From: Candidatus Nanohaloarchaea archaeon
GTDB lineage: Archaea > Nanohalarchaeota > Nanosalinia > Nanosalinales > Nanosalinaceae
Assembly (NCBI GenBank): GCA_041640075.1
Contig: JBEQAY010000002.1
Span: forward strand, 1-61,152
Length of the DNA stretch: 61,152 bases
Direction: 5' to 3'
Of this stretch, positions 58,501-61,152 are shown piece after piece. A model generated the notes under the pieces. It was given only the letters and a program-made list of their open reading frames with translations, did no database searches and was not told where the DNA came from. Within the stretch, counting starts at the first letter, position 1, and each line of letters opens with the position of its first letter. Position numbers and translations under genes: made by a program.

Positions 58501-61152
58501 CAAGATCCATCAACTCGTCATGCCATACAGATCCATCTTCAACATTGTAGAAGGTGATATCTTTATTTTGAAGATCGGTTCTTGAGTCAGAGTCAGGGTT
58601 TATCGGACAGTTGCATCCGTTACCTTCCTGAACGTAGATCATTGCCTTTGAAAATCCACTATTCCAGTCAAGTTCGTTCACACCCACCCTGATGCCTTTA
58701 CCAGTGGCCTCTTCTCCTCCGCTAGCCTGTAGATTGTCGATAGCATCCTTTACATCTTGAGTATTGGTGGTGAACTTTTGATAGATATTAGCTGTACCAT
58801 GAGTTCTCCAAGACTCGTAATTGTTAATACCTATTACAGCACCTTCTGAACCAGGACCCAATCTGTCCATGAAGTCTTTCGCACGTGTCTGTATCTGATC
58901 CTGAACGCTTCCCATGCTTCCAGTCTCATCCACTACAAACGCCACCTGTGACGGAACTTCTTCTTCACCTATCCCGACCTTGAATCTCAGGTATCGCTGA
59001 TCTGGAGAGGCTGTCAGAGTGAAGTTCTCTGACTCGTACTGCGAGTTAAGCAGGAACTCCTGAGTGCTAGTATCCTGTGTGAAATCTTCGTCCGAGGCCA
59101 TCTCAACTACAAGCGGATGATCTCCCCCACTGAACTCATTCAGAACTCTGATGTTGGTGAAGACTGTCTCAGGTGTTTTGTCGAAAACCTTTGACTCATA
59201 CCATCCAAACACATTGATACCCGACATCACAACTCCTTCACGATCCGCACTTCCAACGCTTTCAGTAGTATCAAGGAAGCTACCGTCAACCTCTGTATCC
59301 ACAAAAGTCTCCCCTTGATTCCAGTCAGACTCAGTCTCAACAACCATTGTTGACCTGGAGAGTGGCTGACTCTCGGCATGACCTGTGGCACCACCGTTCT
59401 GAACCCTGTTATGATAGTTTGGAAGATTGACCTGGAAGCGTGACTCACCAAAGTTGTAGTCATCGTCTCGTGCACCTTCCGTGAACCTTGCGAATACAGG
59501 TGTCAACCTGCCAGTATTCGGTCCTCTATCCTCACACTCGATTCTTTCATTGCCTATAGTCGCAGCACAATCATCTTCAAGAGCAAACCCTCTATCGTTC
59601 GTGTACTCTGGTTCTACGCCAGTAATATCGGATTTAGGTCCGTAGGAATCAGTTGATGCATTCTTGTCAGGGTTATCCATCCATAGTTCCTCGTAATCCT
59701 TTGAATCCAAATCATGATTTCTTACATACTCCGTGGCTCTCCAGTTATCTATATCCCACCATTCACCTCCCTTATCCCTGTCTCCAGGATATTTCCAGTC
59801 CAGGAAGTCATCTGTCTCGGAGCCAAGGTTGCCTTCACCGTTCTCACTGTTAGTGCTGTCTATGTCAAGACATACTTCCTTATCGTTTGAGTCTCCTCCG
59901 GCCTCGAAACCTGTAAACTTGCTTCTGAACTGGGGAACATCTGCCACATTCTTTACAGTACCCTCAGGGTAAACCTTTCCATTCAGTACGCAGGCGCCGG
60001 TTGTAATATTCTCTTCGCTCGCCTCCGTGTCACGGATCCTGACACTGTAGTCCTCTGTCTCTCCATAAGTCCATGAAGCAGTAGTAGTTGCAGGAGGCAT
60101 GCTTCCATCCCGGATAGACACACGCATAAGAGTGTAACCCAGATCAGCACTGTTGGGAACGTTAATATCCACGAACTCGGTTTCCCCTCCTGAAATATCA
60201 TCGTTATCAGTCTTTATGTCGAATCTCTCGCTTGGTTCAAGGTTGTTGTCGCCATCGAAGTCAATCCAGGCGCTTGCCTTCTCCGGATAAGCTCCTGAAT
60301 CAACGCCAAACTCTATGTAAAGTCTCTGCGAATCTCCTCTCCTCAATGTAGTTTCAGTATTACCTGTGAAGTCCTGATAACCATCTGTGGTGTCAGCACC
60401 TGAACCGTATCCGATCTCCTTGAAGTCTACCCTGCTGATCCACTCTTTCTGAAGATATGCGGAATCAGTAGACGAAGGACCTCCGCTGCCATACGTCCCT
60501 GCATCCACGTCATCATCCAGCGCCACATTGTTTACATCGTCCGGATCATCAGGATACTCGAAGCATTCCTGATGGAATGCCAGATAATCCTCCATCTCTT
60601 CCTCATCAACCTCTATCCCTTCAGAGGCGATCAAACGCTCATGTGGATCGTCACCACAGGCCTCAGGGAGAGGAGTTACCCTTTCAACTCCTCCAGGACT
60701 ACCTGCGTCCTCCCTCACATAGTCACATCTTACCAGATCTCCATCTGCGTTACCGTTCTGCCTTGCAATCCTGTTGATGTTCTTGCAGACCGAATAGCTT
60801 CTGTCCGGAGTCAGTTCATGTCTCTGATCTACTCTAACAGCTGATTTGTAATTATTTCCTGCTGCAGTGGCAGTCCAGCCCGAATCCACAGTCCAGTAAT
60901 CCACATACTTCAAGCAGACCTCCTTGCTTCCCGGACACGACATAATATTATTGTTGTTCCTCATCTTCGACCTGGCGGACATGAAACTTCCGCTCTGACT
61001 GCCATCCCCGAATTCACGGGTCGCCACCCAGATACGATCACCGACTTCATCATTACCGTTGTGGGCCTCGGTCGCAACAATACTCCAGTCACCAGAATTA
61101 GATGAGTACTTACCGTCAGGACCCCTGTTCTCAACAACCACGAAACCGTCAC
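55544..61152 (-). CDS. Giant surface protein (5' end likely outside the window) with GEVED-like, vWA and Cys-rich repeat modules
   Basis: At least 1865 aa, open to the window edge; AWIDFDGD...GETEDY, FVVDETGSMG MIDAS, three ACGDD..E.LI / C..(D/N)G.VY.EG / CLD..GGEW.D repeats. Confidence 0.85.
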   Translation of the reverse strand, partial: DGFVVVENRGPDGKYSSNSGDWSIVATEAHNGNDEVGDRIWVATREFGDGSQSGSFMSARSKMRNNNNIMSCPGSKEVCLKYVDYWTVDSGWTATAAGNNYKSAVRVDQRHELTPDRSYSVCKNINRIARQNGNADGDLVRCDYVREDAGSPGGVERVTPLPEACGDDPHERLIASEGIEVDEEEMEDYLAFHQECFEYPDDPDDVNNVALDDDVDAGTYGSGGPSSTDSAYLQKEWISRVDFKEIGYGSGADTTDGYQDFTGNTETTLRRGDSQRLYIEFGVDSGAYPEKASAWIDFDGDNNLEPSERFDIKTDNDDISGGETEFVDINVPNSADLGYTLMRVSIRDGSMPPATTTASWTYGETEDYSVRIRDTEASEENITTGACVLNGKVYPEGTVKNVADVPQFRSKFTGFEAGGDSNDKEVCLDIDSTNSENGEGNLGSETDDFLDWKYPGDRDKGGEWWDIDNWRATEYVRNHDLDSKDYEELWMDNPDKNASTDSYGPKSDITGVEPEYTNDRGFALEDDCAATIGNERIECEDRGPNTGRLTPVFARFTEGARDDDYNFGESRFQVNLPNYHNRVQNGGATGHAESQPLSRSTMVVETESDWNQGETFVDTEVDGSFLDTTESVGSADREGVVMSGINVFGWYESKVFDKTPETVFTNIRVLNEFSGGDHPLVVEMASDEDFTQDTSTQEFLLNSQYESENFTLTASPDQRYLRFKVGIGEEEVPSQVAFVVDETGSMGSVQDQIQTRAKDFMDRLGPGSEGAVIGINNYESWRTHGTANIYQKFTTNTQDVKDAIDNLQASGGEEATGKGIRVGVNELDWNSGFSKAMIYVQEGNGCNCPINPDSDSRTDLQNKDITFYNVEDGSVWHDELMDLVSATGGDYWEAPGDWDQIFNQIESELTKLPEEPLTDRVEITATTPPTSGYGNTQDEEPLILNVRGHPEYLEWHENAEIDSQDDEWAYTPEMDWGIANNGTAWPPGRCWGAPREQGIDKNKEDATYANSYLRGNKVVRDTNMFAEPKEDGNWINPDDDTASVISGGVTCDLTGHDWGYAVQNDTYSGIDCLEGDCDQTGNPSSPGTEGVEFSIPHEIVVDPNDFTWDMDTNPGDKDQNDLQQWKNACGDDRNEYLIREHAADIEGEYNPTFAGREDYYACADRPTDCVLDGEVYSEGQIVDVSDITQETGVQSEDQEICLDRVDALPGGEWYDVDNQNIRSDLIGTGIVEDPEIFVREGEIDEDRPHRIFWHNASTQDPVRDEALREARDSPYSPLGGNGIYGTGIDYWRGYALEDDCDSDLGSGCDDKGVDETRGTDDDPSSDLIYSPFRENKDDTAVKGDDYSTEDSWVVRMYVDGSTAHGSNTGQMNENTPGVNFDSTDWGWPTADLNDSKIDSDEDTWAVASEPYDAVGPTGTVYDTGQCHGSHPPQHSEGWVEKNETVMANSFAKREDVNSDPRDEGNWVDPDTTERTVSRGGLSCDLNSTDWGIGYNLGPGSSLNVYEGDARYHGYEVADRHVVSGPITFDMNSDPLGGNQDNLQQHPDACGDDKNEYLIREQRTLRGNEIDPDLQARDDIYVCADRITDCAYDGEVYSEGQTVDISERSPSATDPEHGDDISDEEICLDLDKTTPGGEWYDKDQDLTVQNRIIGLEDTFDVPQGPDSVADTFTLQGEVVDSTGGYIDINGRIISVDSDGEFSDSVSLPGGTVQRIDYLKAGEIQAQKRLVLPGSSTGLDDIVISTELAYDGWQVWNRMEWFLDHDFDRNNIDPAYNGTDWRSQSTQYDRTELEYFNNQDEKLGGPAATENVRGKFTEYYSPEGYATEDDCGPLLSESGTGPCGDIGAGTQDNEWFSAGNFSVEGEGVPP

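Noticed and set aside
1-61152. CRISPR arrays, rRNA, transposases, integrases, proviral genes
   Set aside because: No regularly spaced repeats or recognisable motifs seen

Overview
Archaeal chromosomal window from an extreme halophile with a very acidic proteome. It is most likely a nanohaloarchaeon (DPANN); this is an inference from an intact exosome (which haloarchaea lack), glucan phosphorylase, tRNA-Ile(UAU), mostly leaderless genes and giant surface proteins. Contents in order: tRNA-Arg, tRNA-Pro, glgP, archaeal mat and tRNA-Ala; a diaminopimelate lysine cluster (dapD, lysA, class II lysS, dapA, dapB, lysC, asd, Lrp regulator); accessory and membrane genes with tRNA-Glu and an intron-containing tRNA-Ile(UAU); an interrupted proteasome-exosome superoperon (psmA ... 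sdo1, rrp4/41/42, eL43, rpoP, pcc1, pfdB, sepF; aCPSF1, psmB); then housekeeping genes and two Cys-repeat surface proteins. The best candidate for a new system is 38.5-46.6 kb, divergent from psmB. It holds two highly diverged glutamate-cysteine-ligase/GCS2-fold proteins, a circularly permuted ATP-grasp ligase and two peptidases (M20, M29). Each of the three ligase genes sits behind its own TATA box and a leaderless 21-29 codon micro-ORF. All calls come from reading motifs by eye; no database searches were run.
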